The notes: a model not told the origin generated them from the sequence alone. A stretch of DNA of 62,981 nt, filler included, from Rhabdomonas costata (GCA_019059605.1; 46 parts of 46 records of this genome joined end to end with filler, not necessarily neighbours in it), one strand, 5' to 3'; shown: positions 11,758 to 25,494, numbered from the whole stretch's first letter. Made by a program: numbers and translations.

Positions 11758-11877
11758 CTGGCACAGGCGCAGGATGGCCTCGCCGAGCTCGTCTTGGTAC
11801 TGCTCCTGCCGAGAGGGCCCGAAGGTGCCCCGCAGGAGCATCCCCGAGGGGGAGGCCCCCACACAAACCGCGCACAG
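11758..11877 (-). CDS. Probable exon of an unknown protein, antisense to the DRC1-like exons
   Basis: A 120-nt GC3-rich frame, LCAVCVGASPSGMLLRGTFGPSRQEQYQDELGEAILRLCQ, lies between a CAG acceptor and a GC (or nearby GT) donor followed by (GT)n. Confidence 0.5.
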
Positions 11878-14800
11878 CTGCGCCCACACCCACAGAAGAG
11901 GAACCCATGTGTGGTGGGGGACCGTATTAACCAGGGATGAAAGATTGTGCTCCCTCTCACTGACACTGGTGACACTGGTGATACGTGCACCGGTTTCAGC
12001 TCAACGAAAGGACCCTGCAGCGAGGAGGTAAAAACACACTCAACCTCATATGTGCCCAACAGAACTCCCGTTTTCTGCTGCAAAAACATGGAACCACTGG
12101 CCGAAATTCTGCCTCAATGGGGAAATTTGGGTATGCTGATAAACTGTGTCAGAACTTTACCCACTGTCAATTGCTTCACGCCTGACGCGGCTGCCTGATA
12201 CTCCCACGATGGTGGATTGAATCAAATTTGGACAAAAATCANNNNNNNNNNNNNNNNNNNNNNNNNNNNNNNNNNNNNNNNNNNNTTAATTAATTAANNN
12301 NNNNNNNNNNNNNNNNNNNNNNNNNNNNNNNNNNNNNNNNNGTTTTTTCGCCTGTGATGTCATTTATACTTACTTATTTACCTACACTCACACATTTAAC
12401 CATGATTCCACGGCTGGATTTAACTTTCCGCACTCAGTGCTGATATCATCAACTGATCAACCGGAAACGCCCATGGGACGACCCCGCGGGTTGCAGCAGT
12501 GGGCATCAGCAGAAACGTAAAAAAGCTGAAGTCCAACCCGTTCTCGGAAACTTCTCTGGGACACACACACACACCACCACAGGTCCACACAAAACGTTCT
12601 ATTGCCTGAGCAAATGGAATGAATATGTACTTCGGTGCTCTTTCCCTAATGCACTGCACATTGCAGGACAGGGGAAAGGGTGTGAAAAGGTACGGTGAGG
12701 GACTCGTAGGAAACCTAAAGCAAAAAGGAAGAGCACACACGAACGCGCACAAAGAAAACGGGAACGAGTTTTGCGAAAGGACAAGAAAGGGTAAGAAAGT
12801 CCGAGAGCTAAAGAAAACATGGTTCACAGCAAAAGAGGCCCAAAAAGTCGAATGGAAGCGGAAAAAAGATGAAGGTTGGGACGTCGGGGTTGGGGAGAAG
12901 GGGTGTCGAGCAAGTGGTAAAAACGGCGTTTGAGCGAAACCCCACGGAGGAAGAGAAGCAACGTAGCACAGCCCACCACGTACGCGTGGGAGCTCCGGGC
13001 ATACAGAGGGAAAGCAAGTTAATCGAAACCACAGGGAAGATGGGCGGTGGGGTGGGGGAGGCGCCAGATAACTTCAGATAACCTCATGCTTGACGGACTA
13101 ACGATGCCAGTAGCAGTATTTTGCTTCTGGAAGACAGAAACTGCCTACTCGTTTACAACGCAATAGTTAAACAAGAATCGGCAAATGAAGCCACCCAGCA
13201 GAGAATGGGTGCTCTCGCGGTATGCTAAATCGCGAAGTGCCGAAGGTAGCGTGAAGGTAGCGTATCCCACGGGGTTCCTGCTAATCGCGTTTGCAATTAC
13301 CTGAAGCAATCAACCCCCAGAATGCAACCGGGTCCAATTCCATGAAAATTTCACAACTCTTCGCAAGATTGTCGTTCGCTGTTTGCGGTGGTTCCACCAC
13401 TACCCACCTCTACCCCACTCCCACCCTCAGAGACATGATAGTACCGACAGAAAGAGGTGGTGGTAGGGATGCAAATGGGACCTCCCGAAGTCCCGAAGTC
13501 TGGCGTGAAAAGTGGAAGAGTGTGCATCAAAGATCAGACTGACCTGACCCGAATGAAAAGCGAAAGTCGTGAAGAGAACGAAAGAAGCCTCACCAAACAC
13601 ACCCACCACNNNNNNNNNNNNNNNNNNNNNNNNNNNNNNNNNNNNNNNNNNNNTTAATTAATTAANNNNNNNNNNNNNNNNNNNNNNNNNNNNNNNNNNN
13701 NNNNNNNNNGTTGTGTTGTGAAACATTAGGTGTGCCCCTCCCCCATGTGAGTGGTGGTTTTCATTGTAGTCCACAAACACCAAATTTTCGTAATGCCCCA
13801 CCGTTACAGCAGCTGCATGCCACTGCTCCACCCCATCTTTTCATTCCCTCCATGGATTTCTGCAACTTGCGTTCATTTGTTCTTAAATCCATTCCCATTG
13901 GTTGTTGTGCTTGCTGTGGGCAACAACAAACAATGTCCGTTTCCGCGCCGAACAAGTGGAAGTGGCCACTGCTCCCTTCCGTTCACCCTAAATAGAAAAG
14001 TGTCCAGAAAGTTGCTTATTGAGTTCTTCAGAGCGGATGGACCAAAATTTCTCGGACAGTGCTTTTCACCATGGATACATTAGCAAGCCAACATTATATC
14101 AGGATGAACAGATGGTGCCATGAGAGGAATGGCCAGTCGATGTTGTGAAGACTGGCGCTTAGAACGCGGACGCAAGAATGCAAGCTAGAAATTGTGGCCA
14201 GTTTCCGTAGATAGTGTGTGTGTGACCTATATGTAAAAATGCACGTCAAAATTATTGCTGGCTGAGGATTAGCCTGTTGCTGCGATTGGACAGGAACGTG
14301 GCCTGGGGGAGGGTTTACCGACTTTTTTCCCTAAATTATATATTGTCCAACAGGAACCAGGGTAACAGCGGTACCCCCCCTCCCAAGGCCAATTGCACCA
14401 ACCGAAGAATGAGCCGCTCCATCTCGCTCAACCCAAGTGAAATATCAGGGGGAAGCAAACTCGCCAAAATCGAGGGCAACACTGTCACCTGCAACAAGCT
14501 CGATCTTCGTTCGCTTGTGAAGCGCCCGCTTGGGGCTTCCTACCCGCAGCAATCATGTGCATAGCCCAAAAGAAAGCCAAAGCACAAAAAGTACCACACG
14601 CAAACTGACAAAGAAATTCATAAACAAAGGCAGGGTCCGTCCTATGGTAAGGATGCTCAACTTGCCTTCCACCCGCCTGAGGAACACATGACAAAAGACG
14701 CAACCCGAACATGGACAACTCACAATACAATAGATTCCGGAAATGCACTCTCCTCCCCTCATCCCTTGTACAAAAGGGACAAAACATTCCTCAAACCTTA

Positions 14801-16451
14801 AGGAACGAATTCTGACGGCTCTCAGAGCCAGCGGGAATAAAGCCAAAGAGGGGAGCAGTGCTGTTTGCAGAGGGAAAAGAACTGCTGCAAGTCGCGTCTG
14901 TCCCAACACCGCGACCATCGGAAACGATGGAAAACCGCACGTGAGGGTCAAGAACACCCAACCCCCAACCACACCCAACACNNNNNNNNNNNNNNNNNNN
15001 NNNNNNNNNNNNNNNNNNNNNNNNNTTAATTAATTAANNNNNNNNNNNNNNNNNNNNNNNNNNNNNNNNNNNNNNNNNNNNGGGGTTGTGGTCTAACACC
15101 AAAATTGGTATTCAAGAAAACAAAAACCTTGAGCTGACGATGCTATTCTGGTTCCTGGTTTCCTCGTCATGGCTGGGACAAAACACCCGAAAAAGTGCAG
15201 CGCAAGGCATGCCCGACACATATAAAGAGGCACCAAGGGCTATCAGAGCTTTGAACCAAAGGAGGGCGAGCGCCTATCCGAAACAGTCTGAATTTTGTTC
15301 ACTTATTTGTTCCTTGAATTATAAACTGCACAGTCGCCATTGTGAACTCACTGGACTCGTACAAAGGAAACGAGATATTTATTCTCTCTCTCTCTCTCTT
15401 TCCAGGGAATTTGTGTAGCCCTTTGATGTTTGTGCTTTTCATCGCGTTGACCGTTGCATAGCTAAGGCAAAGAGCATAAGAAGAAAATGCAAAAATGACT
15501 TGAACAAAACACATGTCTGTCATGCCTTCCTTCAACTTCTTTTTCCGACGAGTTTCCTCACTTCGACGCCGAGCATCATTCTTGCGCTTCAGCTTTATTC
15601 CTGAGTGGAGACATAACACAGCATCAACTGAAAATCCTGTCCTGAGCAGTGAATAGTAAAGTAAAAGTCAGATCACAAGGGCACACTGAGCTTCGTCATT
15701 GTTTTTTGTTGGGCAGAAAAGGATGCAACTGCGAAGGGAAACAAGGTGAAAAGAAACTACCTCTGGTCTGTCGTACAGGTTCCCAGCAAATACTGAAAAC
15801 TATGTGCGACAATTGCGCTTCATGAAACCCTGTGGAGAAACGCACATTGATGAGTGCAGTCTTTTCCGCACTCGAAGCCGTCCCAATTCTTGCCATTTCA
15901 ATTGTCTGGTGCAACTTGTTTTTGGTAAATTAACCAAAGACCAGTGCGCATGTGGAAAAGGTGAGCGCACGGACTGCAAATCGTCGTCCGGAACTGTCTT
16001 ATGACACGAGATCTTTTGTCCAGGGAAGAGCGCTCCGCACCCCCCCAACCCCGTTCGAGGAGAACTCGAGTAACCTTCACACTGGGCACAATGATACTGC
16101 AAATGGAGGGGGTCCGCAGTGGAGCGTTGCGTGCGTGGGCCCCAAAAAGTTTCTGAATTGTCGCACATCCCCAGACCGCGTTCAGCACTACTTACGTCCC
16201 AATTTAAAATTCTATGAATTTACGGTTTTTATTTATGAATTTTGGTTTTCTCCCCAAAAACTCTTCATTTTCTTTCAGAAGTAAGAGGAAAAAACGGCAG
16301 CCGCCGTAACAGGCACACAAGGAATTCTTCTTCTCCAATGGGATAGAAGACNNNNNNNNNNNNNNNNNNNNNNNNNNNNNNNNNNNNNNNNNNNNTTAAT
16401 TAATTAANNNNNNNNNNNNNNNNNNNNNNNNNNNNNNNNNNNNNNNNNNNN

Positions 16452-17723
16452 GGGGTGTTGGTCAACAAACAGGTGGTCTTTGCCAAGCAGCTGCCGATAA
16501 GTCTTTAAGGCCTCCTCGTAAAGCGGCACTGCCGCCACGTACTTGCCTTGGTCTAAGAACAACTGTGCAAGTGTGCACAGTCTGTACGCCACCTGCAGGC
16601 TTGAGGGCCCGCACACTCGCTGGTCATCTTCGAGGCGGCTCTCAATAACCTCGTGCGCCTCCTGGGAACTGCCGCTATCCAAAAACAAATCCTCAGCCAG
16701 GTCCCAGAACTCATCTACAGCCTCCACCTCTACAATGCACAGGCGCTGCTGCTGTTCGTGTTGCAGCGGCTCCTCCTTGGGCTTGTATGTCTGCTGCCGA
16801 ATGCTGTCCGCACCAAAAGCGTCCCTTAACTCCATCAAGCTCATCCATTCCTGCCCCTTCAACCGGAACTGCTGACCCAGCGGAAACACAACCTCCTGCT
16901 CCTCCGGATACACGGACAGGTGCACGATTCTTGCCGCACAGCATTGCAAATTGCTCGGATCGCTCACTGAAATCACCAGAATCGTGTTTGCATCACACTC
17001 ACGTATCGAAGCCATCATTTTCTCCATGGACATCGTGCACGACATGAAACCATCCATTGAGAAGAGATTGGACGCAGAGTCTTCCTGCACAGCTAACTGG
17101 GCCTGTTGCTCAGGGCTCAGCTTGAGGACGCGGTAGCAGGTGGAGCGATACGGGCAGGATTCAGCCAGCCTTCGCAACGCACAATGAAGCACCCAAATGT
17201 AAGGCTTCAGATGAACATTGCCCTCGTCGCGAGCTCGCAGTACGGCATTCACTCGCCGAAACAAGAAGGACTCTACCGTAAACAGTCGAACCACTGTCTC
17301 AAAAAGCTCGTCATCATTGCCGCTCAAATATGCTTCTCTCAATCGCTCCGACATTTGCTCCGGGGTGGGATGTCGTGTACAGAGCTCACGCTGTTCGGGT
17401 TGATTCTGCAGAAAATGAGTAGCTCTCAGGCTCGACCATGCCGCATAGCCCACCTTTCCGCAAAGGTAGGCCCTGCCTTCCTGCAAAACCCCATCACAGA
17501 GTTGCTCCATCGATACTTTCGTCCGATCGAAGGGAGCATAACGATTCCCAATCAATGGATTGATTGCAACCGAGCGAGCGAAGGCTTGGTCGTAGGTCCA
17601 AAAGGGAAGGGTTCCACACTTTCTTCGCTCATCGGTCTCAGCCAGTGATCTCTCACACTCCAAATAGACCTCCATCACCCTCAAGATTTCGGGATGCTCC
17701 TTGGACTCCTTCCCACAAACACC
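16452..17723 (-). CDS. R-S-E class mono-ADP-ribosyltransferase domain fused to kinesin-light-chain-type TPR repeats; partial and intronless
   Basis: One frame is open across the whole contig. It contains the FTVESFLFRRVNAVLR helix, TCYR (R), GFMSCT (S) and SVYPEEQEVVF (ExE), followed by the TPR LAQLFLDQGKYVAAVPLYEEALKTYRQLLGKDH. Confidence 0.9.
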
Positions 17724-19331
17724 NNNNNNNNNNNNNNNNNNNNNNNNNNNNNNNNNNNNNNNNNNNNTTAATTAATTAANNNNNNNNNNNNNNNNNNNNN
17801 NNNNNNNNNNNNNNNNNNNNNNNGTGTGGTTTTGCTGAAATATATACCTTTTCCTTTCGTCCAAACTATGAATATGAACATTGGTGGGAAACTGCACGCC
17901 AATTCAAAATTAAATTGTGCATATGCGGCTTGAACTCCGCTGTTCGCACTGGTGCAAATGCGTCCAGAAAAATATGTGTCCACCTAAATTTAATAATGCC
18001 TCCTTTTTTTTGTAAGGCAACCTCATTGCGATGACAACCAAAATACCCTTGTTTCATCTTCGTCATTCAACCGATTAGACCTCCTCCGATTCGAAGCGCT
18101 GGCAGACGCTTCCCAAAGGTGTAACCTCTCGAGAATACCCCAAAACAGATGCAACGGATCAACTCGCTCCAAAACCCACACGGAAAAACACACAGGGCAG
18201 TACAAACCACCTCCGCAGTTCAGAAAAAAGAACAAGAGCACGAAACAAGCTCACAGCAAACAGCAAATACAAAAATATGAAGCAAGAAAGAGCTGCTTCT
18301 TCACGCCTCCTTCACAATCTCATGCACGGATACTCATATAAGGAAGCTTTCTTTTTCACACTCGCCCCACACTGTTCACGGCTTCCTGAAGGCGGAGACT
18401 CCCGTACAGTGCAAAACCAAATGAAGGCAAGAAAACAAAAAAACATAGTTACACAATCCGGCAAGAAGTTCTCTGCGTCTCGTGACGTCGCTGCTGCCAT
18501 GCAGAGGAACACTCGGGAGTAAGCAATTTCTTTCTTCGTTTCTTTTTTCTTTGCAGCCGCACATGTGCATTTTCTCATGGTATTGCCAACTGATCATCAA
18601 CTGCCTTCAAGTAACCACTATCAACCAAATTGGAAAGTCATTGAGGCACTGGTGTTTGTAGTATGAGCAGCACCATTCCCGTGCATGGCAATATCTCTCA
18701 GTTTTGAGGTTAAATCGGATAATACCTGTTGTAGAAGTGCGCCCTAAGGTCTAGGTCACACTCCATCTAATTTCATACCGAGCACGGAGCGGTCAGTGAC
18801 ACGAAAAGCAAAGGCAAAACACAGCGAAAGCCAGCAATAGTGCACAAAAGTGCGTGCCAGTGTGTCGCCGAGATGAAAGGGAGTGCATAGAAACGAGGGG
18901 TAGAAATGCCTCTTTAACCTCTTTAACCTCGAGCAAAACAGCCATGAGCTGACCACCTTGAACACATCCTCGCAGCGCAATTGAAGGAACACTACTCGAT
19001 CTCACATCTCGGTCCCTTCACCGCTGGCATGGCTACGGTCGCTCGAACTTCAACCTCTCAGCGTCGCTCTATACCATCAAAGGTGGTAAGATTCNNNNNN
19101 NNNNNNNNNNNNNNNNNNNNNNNNNNNNNNNNNNNNNNTTAATTAATTAANNNNNNNNNNNNNNNNNNNNNNNNNNNNNNNNNNNNNNNNNNNNCAACCT
19201 CACATGCATTTTTCGGAGTGGGTGTTTTTCGGAGCGCTTTTTGAATGAATGGCTCGGATCAACCCTGCGTGTCTCGGACCGGTATTCCCTTCATTGGTCT
19301 TCCTCCAGGAAAATGGGCCACAGGAAACAGA

Positions 19332-19870
19332 ATGGCTGGAATAAAGAAAATCGGAGTGGATGCGCTGCAGGCCGCCCTGGGGTTCCTACCCGGGCCTGCG
19401 CTGGGTCGGGTTGCCGTTGCATGCTGGTGGCTGTACTTGCTGGTGCGGCAGTGGGATAGGCAGTGGCAGAGATTGTGCCTGGTGGACTTCCAGCAACCCT
19501 TTGATGACTTCCTCAAACCCGTGTCGGGGCAATGGATGCAGGCCTACGGGCAACTATGGAGGTTGTCAGCATCACCCCCCCCCTGCTTTTTTGAGCAACC
19601 TTCAACGATTTGCACTGCTCCACTGCATGGTCAGTGTTGGTCAAGGGAAATTTATTCAAATTTTTTTATTGTCAAGCAATCCAGGGGTCTAAAGAATCGC
19701 GTTGGATTGTTCTCGAGATTAGACTAGCAACTTGGCTCGGCCAGAGTTTTCGACTGTCTGCTGGGTGCAACGTGGAAGGTTGCGGAGACTCTTCGTCCGA
19801 GAAGAGTCTCCGCAACCAAGAGATGATATTGGACGAACTACTCTTCGAGTGGAGGAGCTCCGAGCCCTGG
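19332..19870 (+). CDS. F-box-like protein, exons 19332-19561 and 19723-19870
   Basis: MAGIKKIGVDALQAALGFLPGPALGRVAVACWWLYLLVRQWDRQWQRLCLVDF fits the F-box consensus. A phase-2 GT-AG intron keeps the frame open. Confidence 0.7.
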
Positions 19871-21939
19871 GTTTGAATCCAAAACTTGCATTCGTGGAGC
19901 AGATCGCACCTACTCCGCTGTGCAAGAGAGTGATTCGGAGCGCAGTGGTCAACACGGGACAGCGTAGCACAGGAGCCCCCGCCCCTATCACTGAAGGCTT
20001 TCATATGTGTCTCCCTGCGGAACCAACGGTTTCAAAGGGGAATTTCAGAAGGACAATGGCTGGCGGATTTGAGGACAAAATACTTGTCCTGTGGGATTTT
20101 CTTAATCATATACAATCATATAACAATGACTCGTTGGGTAATTCGCAAGTTCGTCCCGCAGAGAAAAGGTGATTGTAAACCACGACAGAGCTCCAGCAAC
20201 AGCACAACGTGCGGTTCAGAGGGCAAGTACACCGAAAAGGCAATCCCTTTATAGCGCTTCGAAACAAGGATGAATAGGAAAACAAGAAACAAATCCGGCG
20301 CAGATGTTTTAAAGTGAAACTGAAGCTCAGCTAATTTATCGCTGGGTACCCTTCCCAGCCTTGGTGGCTTGACCCACAAGCAAATGCGTCTGCAGGGTAG
20401 AAGCCGTGCGATCTTTGACCAGATGTTCCCCTTCCCACCCTGTGAACAAAGCGTAGGCACCACCNNNNNNNNNNNNNNNNNNNNNNNNNNNNNNNNNNNN
20501 NNNNNNNNTTAATTAATTAANNNNNNNNNNNNNNNNNNNNNNNNNNNNNNNNNNNNNNNNNNNNGGGGGGGCATGCTTCGCAGTGAGACGTCTTCGATGT
20601 GAAGGGTGGACGGGGGCCTGGAGAGGTTCCCACTGGGCCGCGAAGAAGATGCACTGATGCGCGCAAAGCGCGGGACTGGCGCGGTCACCACTGGTAACGG
20701 CCTGGGCAGAGAAGAAGCTGGAGACAAGCTCGAAGTGGTACACACGGGAAGGTACGTTTGGAAAGGGGAGACCGTGACGAGAACGGCAGCGGATTTCTCC
20801 GCTTTCCGCATTTTTCTCGGGCATCTTGCTATTCTTTTTTTTTTGGGGGGGGGTGCATTGCAGGGTCACCGCAGCATGAAGAAAAACGTGAAGTTTGGAG
20901 GAAGCATCTGTGTGGATCCGAGTGATGCGCACAGTTTGCCCAATCTGACACTATGAACAAAAGAGTTGTAGAGGTACTTAACACCCAACCAATTACAGAG
21001 GACCTCATCTCAGAAGACGGCTTGAAGGGCCCCGCGCTTGTTGGGATATGGGAAGAGCGCCCTGATGACGGTGGTACTGCTGCCCGTCGCTTTCCCCGGC
21101 GGGGAAAGCAGCAGCACCCACCTGTCATTGGAGTGCGCGGTGAAGACCCAGCAGGAGCAAAGGGGGCAGAGGGAGCAGGGGCTGGCTTCCGGTGGCTAAA
21201 TTGGGGTCCTGGGGGACCGTGGGACGGGCCACAGCGTGGGCACGCACTGGGGGTACTGGTGGAGGAGCCCATGCACTGGGGCAGAGGCTCATAGGGGATC
21301 AGGCCACAGCTTAGCGTAGGCGAGAGAGGCTATCAATGGAACGGGTCGGGTGCCGAACAGGCGCAAGGAGAAGGGAACATAAAAAGGAAGAAACACAGCA
21401 AACAAGCACAGAGAAAATCTGGGAAGGCACCCAGTGGTGGGTCAGAAGTAAAGGCTCCATTCGGAAACCCACTCTTCAAGAACGGAGGGAGGAGGGGGGT
21501 GATCGGTCCGGGAAAGGCCTCCCACACAAACCTCACTCTCTTTCCAACTTATATTTGAAGTGGTTGGTTTTGCTGTTGCTTGTTTTCTGGGTGGTATGAA
21601 AGCAGTCTGAGAAAAAGGAAACCTGTCTTTGTAATCGTGACTTGCTGAAAGCACCGAACATTCCTGGACACATGCGTACAAAGAAGGAAAGCATTGCGCG
21701 CACCCGGGTTCCAACTTTGCACAGCAAAGCGCAATGGTTCGCTGTACTGTATGCTCTTGGAAGCCAACATGAAAGCATGCTTGCACTGAAAGCGTCTTCC
21801 TACACAAGGTAACCGAACTGCTGCTGCTGCCCGATNNNNNNNNNNNNNNNNNNNNNNNNNNNNNNNNNNNNNNNNNNNNTTAATTAATTAANNNNNNNNN
21901 NNNNNNNNNNNNNNNNNNNNNNNNNNNNNNNNNNNTGTG

Positions 21940-22131
21940 TTTTGTATACACAGCAGGCCTCGTAAAGAAATTGAAGGAAATTCACGAAGTGTTGTCAAGC
22001 AGCATGTTCCACCTCACACGAGATAATTACGAGAAGCAGCTGTTGTTGTGAAAAGTCGGTTGAACATGCTGCTTGACAACACTTCGTGAATTTCCTTCAA
22101 TTTCTTTACGAGGCCTGCTGTGTATACAAAA
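21940..22131. repeat. Fold-back inverted repeat at a contig start (70-bp perfect arms 21940-22009 and 22062-22131)
   Basis: Direct reverse-complement match next to the linker. Confidence 0.95.
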
Positions 22132-22160
22132 GACACAAGACCCCAGGCCTGCTTAGCCCT
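22114..22160 (-). repeat. Dispersed repeat family A copy
   Basis: The reverse complement reads AGGGCTAAGCAGGCCTGGGGTCTTGTGTCTTTTGTATACACAGCAGG. Confidence 0.85.
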
Positions 22161-24983
22161 CTCACACAGGCGGTTACAACTTTACGAGCCTCAACATAGT
22201 AATCTGAGGAGACTAGCAAAAAAAAAGTGCGCTCTGGTGCCCACTCGCGGATACCCAACTCAATTTCTAAACAGGCGTCACAAGACAACCATCGCCTACC
22301 ATCTTCTGGATTCTGTGCTAAATCCAAGAGCCGCTGTCTTCATGAGCAGTGCATGACAAAACCGAAGGTTTCTTCATTTTCGCAGAGTTTTGGGGTAAAC
22401 AGAACAGACTAAGCCCACCCCCCACAAGGTAGGTCATCTCTAGACCAAAGTCTTTTGAGGTGCTTTGAAAAGTTCTTATATGCAAGAAAAACACACGGCT
22501 GCTGACCCAAGCACCCAAAGCGCAGCACACCAGAAGAAGGGCATCCAGGCTTTGGCTCAGGCCGGCGCTGGGGGCGGTTCCCCAGGGAACCAGCCCTCGA
22601 ACCAAAGCTGCCACTGCTGATAATGGACGTTGAGCAGGACCCTGAGCAACGGCCCACAAACCCCTTCTTTCCCATTGACCCACTTGCACCTTGGCGCCTT
22701 TTTTCGGTTGAATCCGAGTGCAGATCGATCGGCCCACCATTATTTTAAGGGCGGAGGCCAGCCCGCGGTGCGGCCGGTGCGGATAGGGAGAGCCTGGCAC
22801 CCCTGTAGTCCCGCAAACCTCTCCATCTCCGCGACAGGCAATTCTCTTTGGTTCCTGCAATTCAGCTTGCTTTGTCGCTGAAAATCTGCCGCTGTGTTTT
22901 CTTCGCAGTCCAGCCCAAAGACGCACTGTGACTTGGGGGGGGGTGTTGAGAAGGGAAAAAATAGAGGCACACCTTAACAGACACCAGGGCTGAACTCTAA
23001 TACTCTTGCTGTACTCCTTGTTATGCACTGCTGTGGAGAAAACTTCGCTTCCCAGGTGTCTTACTGCAATTTCCAAGTGCTCGAAATGTTGAAAAAGGAG
23101 AAGCGGAACACACTCACAACGCACTCGCTTCGCACAGGGAAGACGGGGCAGACGCACCGAGGCACAAGCCAGGAAGCTCCTCCACGCCGCACGATCCGGA
23201 CAAACANNNNNNNNNNNNNNNNNNNNNNNNNNNNNNNNNNNNNNNNNNNNTTAATTAATTAANNNNNNNNNNNNNNNNNNNNNNNNNNNNNNNNNNNNNN
23301 NNNNNNGTTTGTTGGGCGAATCGATTCGCCCAATGAAGACATTCTGAACCTCCGTTTGACTATACAGTTGATCGCGGACTGCGGAAGTAATCCCGCACAG
23401 ACGAGGACATACTACTTTCCGCGAATGAGATTTTTCTTGCTGGTGATAAACTATCCTTTACGGTTTCGGATAAGTCTAGCAAAATAAATGGTATGAAAAA
23501 GTTCTTCGATATCTAAAATCTCAGAGAGAGAGTCTTTTCCCTAGGGTTTGATGGAGGAGTGAAGGACTGCTGTTATACGGGATGTGGGGGGGAGTTCTGA
23601 ACGTTCACTTTTGGCCACAGTTGCACGCTTCAATTGAACGGATAGTCGCTGGCTTGAAGCACTAGGCAGACCCGGGTGTTTGTGCCTGGAATTGGAGCCA
23701 GGCTGTTTCTTCTCTATCTCCTCTCATTATTTTTCTTTATTGGCAGGACCCGTACGTCGTCTTGCAGAATGGAACGGAGCGTCTGAGCTGGGCGCTTGCA
23801 CCTTCACCGGCTAAAAGCGTTGCGGTATCAAGGGCGACTGCGCACCCGAGCCATGCTGCTCTGCAGGGCCTTTTTCTTGACAAGGTGATTCCAAACGGGG
23901 GTCCGTGGTCTCTGGCGTTTCCCAGAACTCTCTACCTGTTCTTGGCTTTTTACTGTGGCACCAGGTACATCAATCTCTGCCAGATCCTTGCGAGAGCGTA
24001 TGCTGTGAGAGGCAATCACAGCTGCTGATATAAGACTATGGCGCTGCAGCCGACAGTACGCAGTACGCTGTACGTTACGCCTCTTCGGTGACTGACTTGA
24101 CAACTGGTGACTGGCGACTGAATTGGCAAGAATCTACCGTGAAGCTCCATGCTTAGCCGCACCCCACCCCCCCCGCTTGCACGCCGGTAAGATTCATAAT
24201 TCGCACTGGCGCAGTACGCTTCTCGTAAAATAGTACCCGTACCCTTTTCGCTCAAATGTGATGGTGCCACTTCCAAGGGACGGAACTTGCGCCCCTCCAC
24301 TACCGACAACTACCACAATGTTTTTTTTGGTGTTGAAAAAAAACGGCGGAACCTGTAATTAAATCAACTTGCCTCCTTTTTTCTCTTTCCTGGCACTCGA
24401 AAAACTGCCGGCACAACATAGAATATAGTTCGCCGACTTTGGGGGCACTTTGCCTGCCAGGCTGGGGGGCAACAGAGAGGAGCGCAAGGAAACCCAATTC
24501 CAAGACCGGTCCAGACCTCCGCAGATGGCCCCAGCGCTGTGAACCCCCCCAGCAGAAAGAGCTGCCCACCCAAAAACNNNNNNNNNNNNNNNNNNNNNNN
24601 NNNNNNNNNNNNNNNNNNNNNTTAATTAATTAANNNNNNNNNNNNNNNNNNNNNNNNNNNNNNNNNNNNNNNNNNNNGGGGGTTGGTGGTGGGTGGGCGA
24701 GGCTCCCTCGTGCACTTATGCCGAAATTCGGAGGGCGTGAGAGTTGCCTCGCGGCGAGCTCAGAAGCACTCCACCCTCCAGCGCTCCTCGTTGCACATCA
24801 TCTGGGAAAACCAAGGGAACAGCGAGAAGGACATAAAAAGTGCAGCAAAGCATTCTGGAAGGCTTTTGCCTTGCAACGGGCTACACTGTCTCAAGAGAGA
24901 CTGGCAATTGCAACAAGAATGCCCCGCATTAATTATGGCAGCCCTTCAAAGTGACACGGAATTTTGTCCGCCGCTAAGCACAC

Positions 24984-25494
24984 CTTGAAGTAATCCTGGG
25001 CCTCCACTTCGCTCATCATTCCCGCAGTCATCATCGCGCGAGTCATGGCGTCGCTGCACAGCTTGGGGATTCCCATCGCAGGACCTACAGATGCAGGTGC
25101 CAAAGGTTTGTGGTGTGGTTGTGTTTTTTGAATGTAAGAAGGACCACATAAAGCACACACAAACACACAAGCGCACAACAGCCCCCCCCCCCGAACAGCA
25201 CGACGGCACTGCACATCAGAATCGCAGAAGAAGCCATAATCGGTACGGACACACTGCTCGCATAATATCCAACGCTGCTCAGGCATTTGCAATGCCTTTT
25301 CTTTTGAAAGCCACATCAGCGCGTTCGCACGGTATCCGTCCAGAAGAAGGCGTGTCTCGACCCTGCCCCTACTCCCCTCGACTCGCGCGCACCGCAATAG
25401 TACGCGCAGGCATCGGGGTCGCTCAGCACATCCCACACGGCCTGAGGGTCCTTGTCCATGATCATCGGAACCGTCTCGAAAACCTTGGGGTCAT
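24984..25494 (-). CDS. Diflavin reductase (CPR/PNO/SiR-FP family) C-terminal NADPH-binding domain, exons 25494-25393 and 25084-24984
   Basis: Spliced DDPKVFETVPMIMDKDPQAVWDVLSDPDACAYYC|GPAMGIPKLCSDAMTRAMMTAGMMSEVEAQDYFK matches the CPR pattern VWxxL-x4-AxxYxCG...GGMSEEEAxxY. Confidence 0.75.

Noticed and set aside
20565..20751. In-frame TGA at 20655 (H-U-C) as selenocysteine
   Set aside because: Other frames on both strands are open, no selenoprotein similarity is recognisable and no SECIS is visible.
22318..23157. 279-aa ORF as a single CDS
   Set aside because: It appears to run through intron-like segments with AG/GT boundaries and has no recognisable domain.
24984..25076. MGIPKLCSDAMTRAMM... 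as the first exon of an Nse1-like gene
   Set aside because: It splices in phase to the upstream YYC exon and completes a CPR-type C-terminus.
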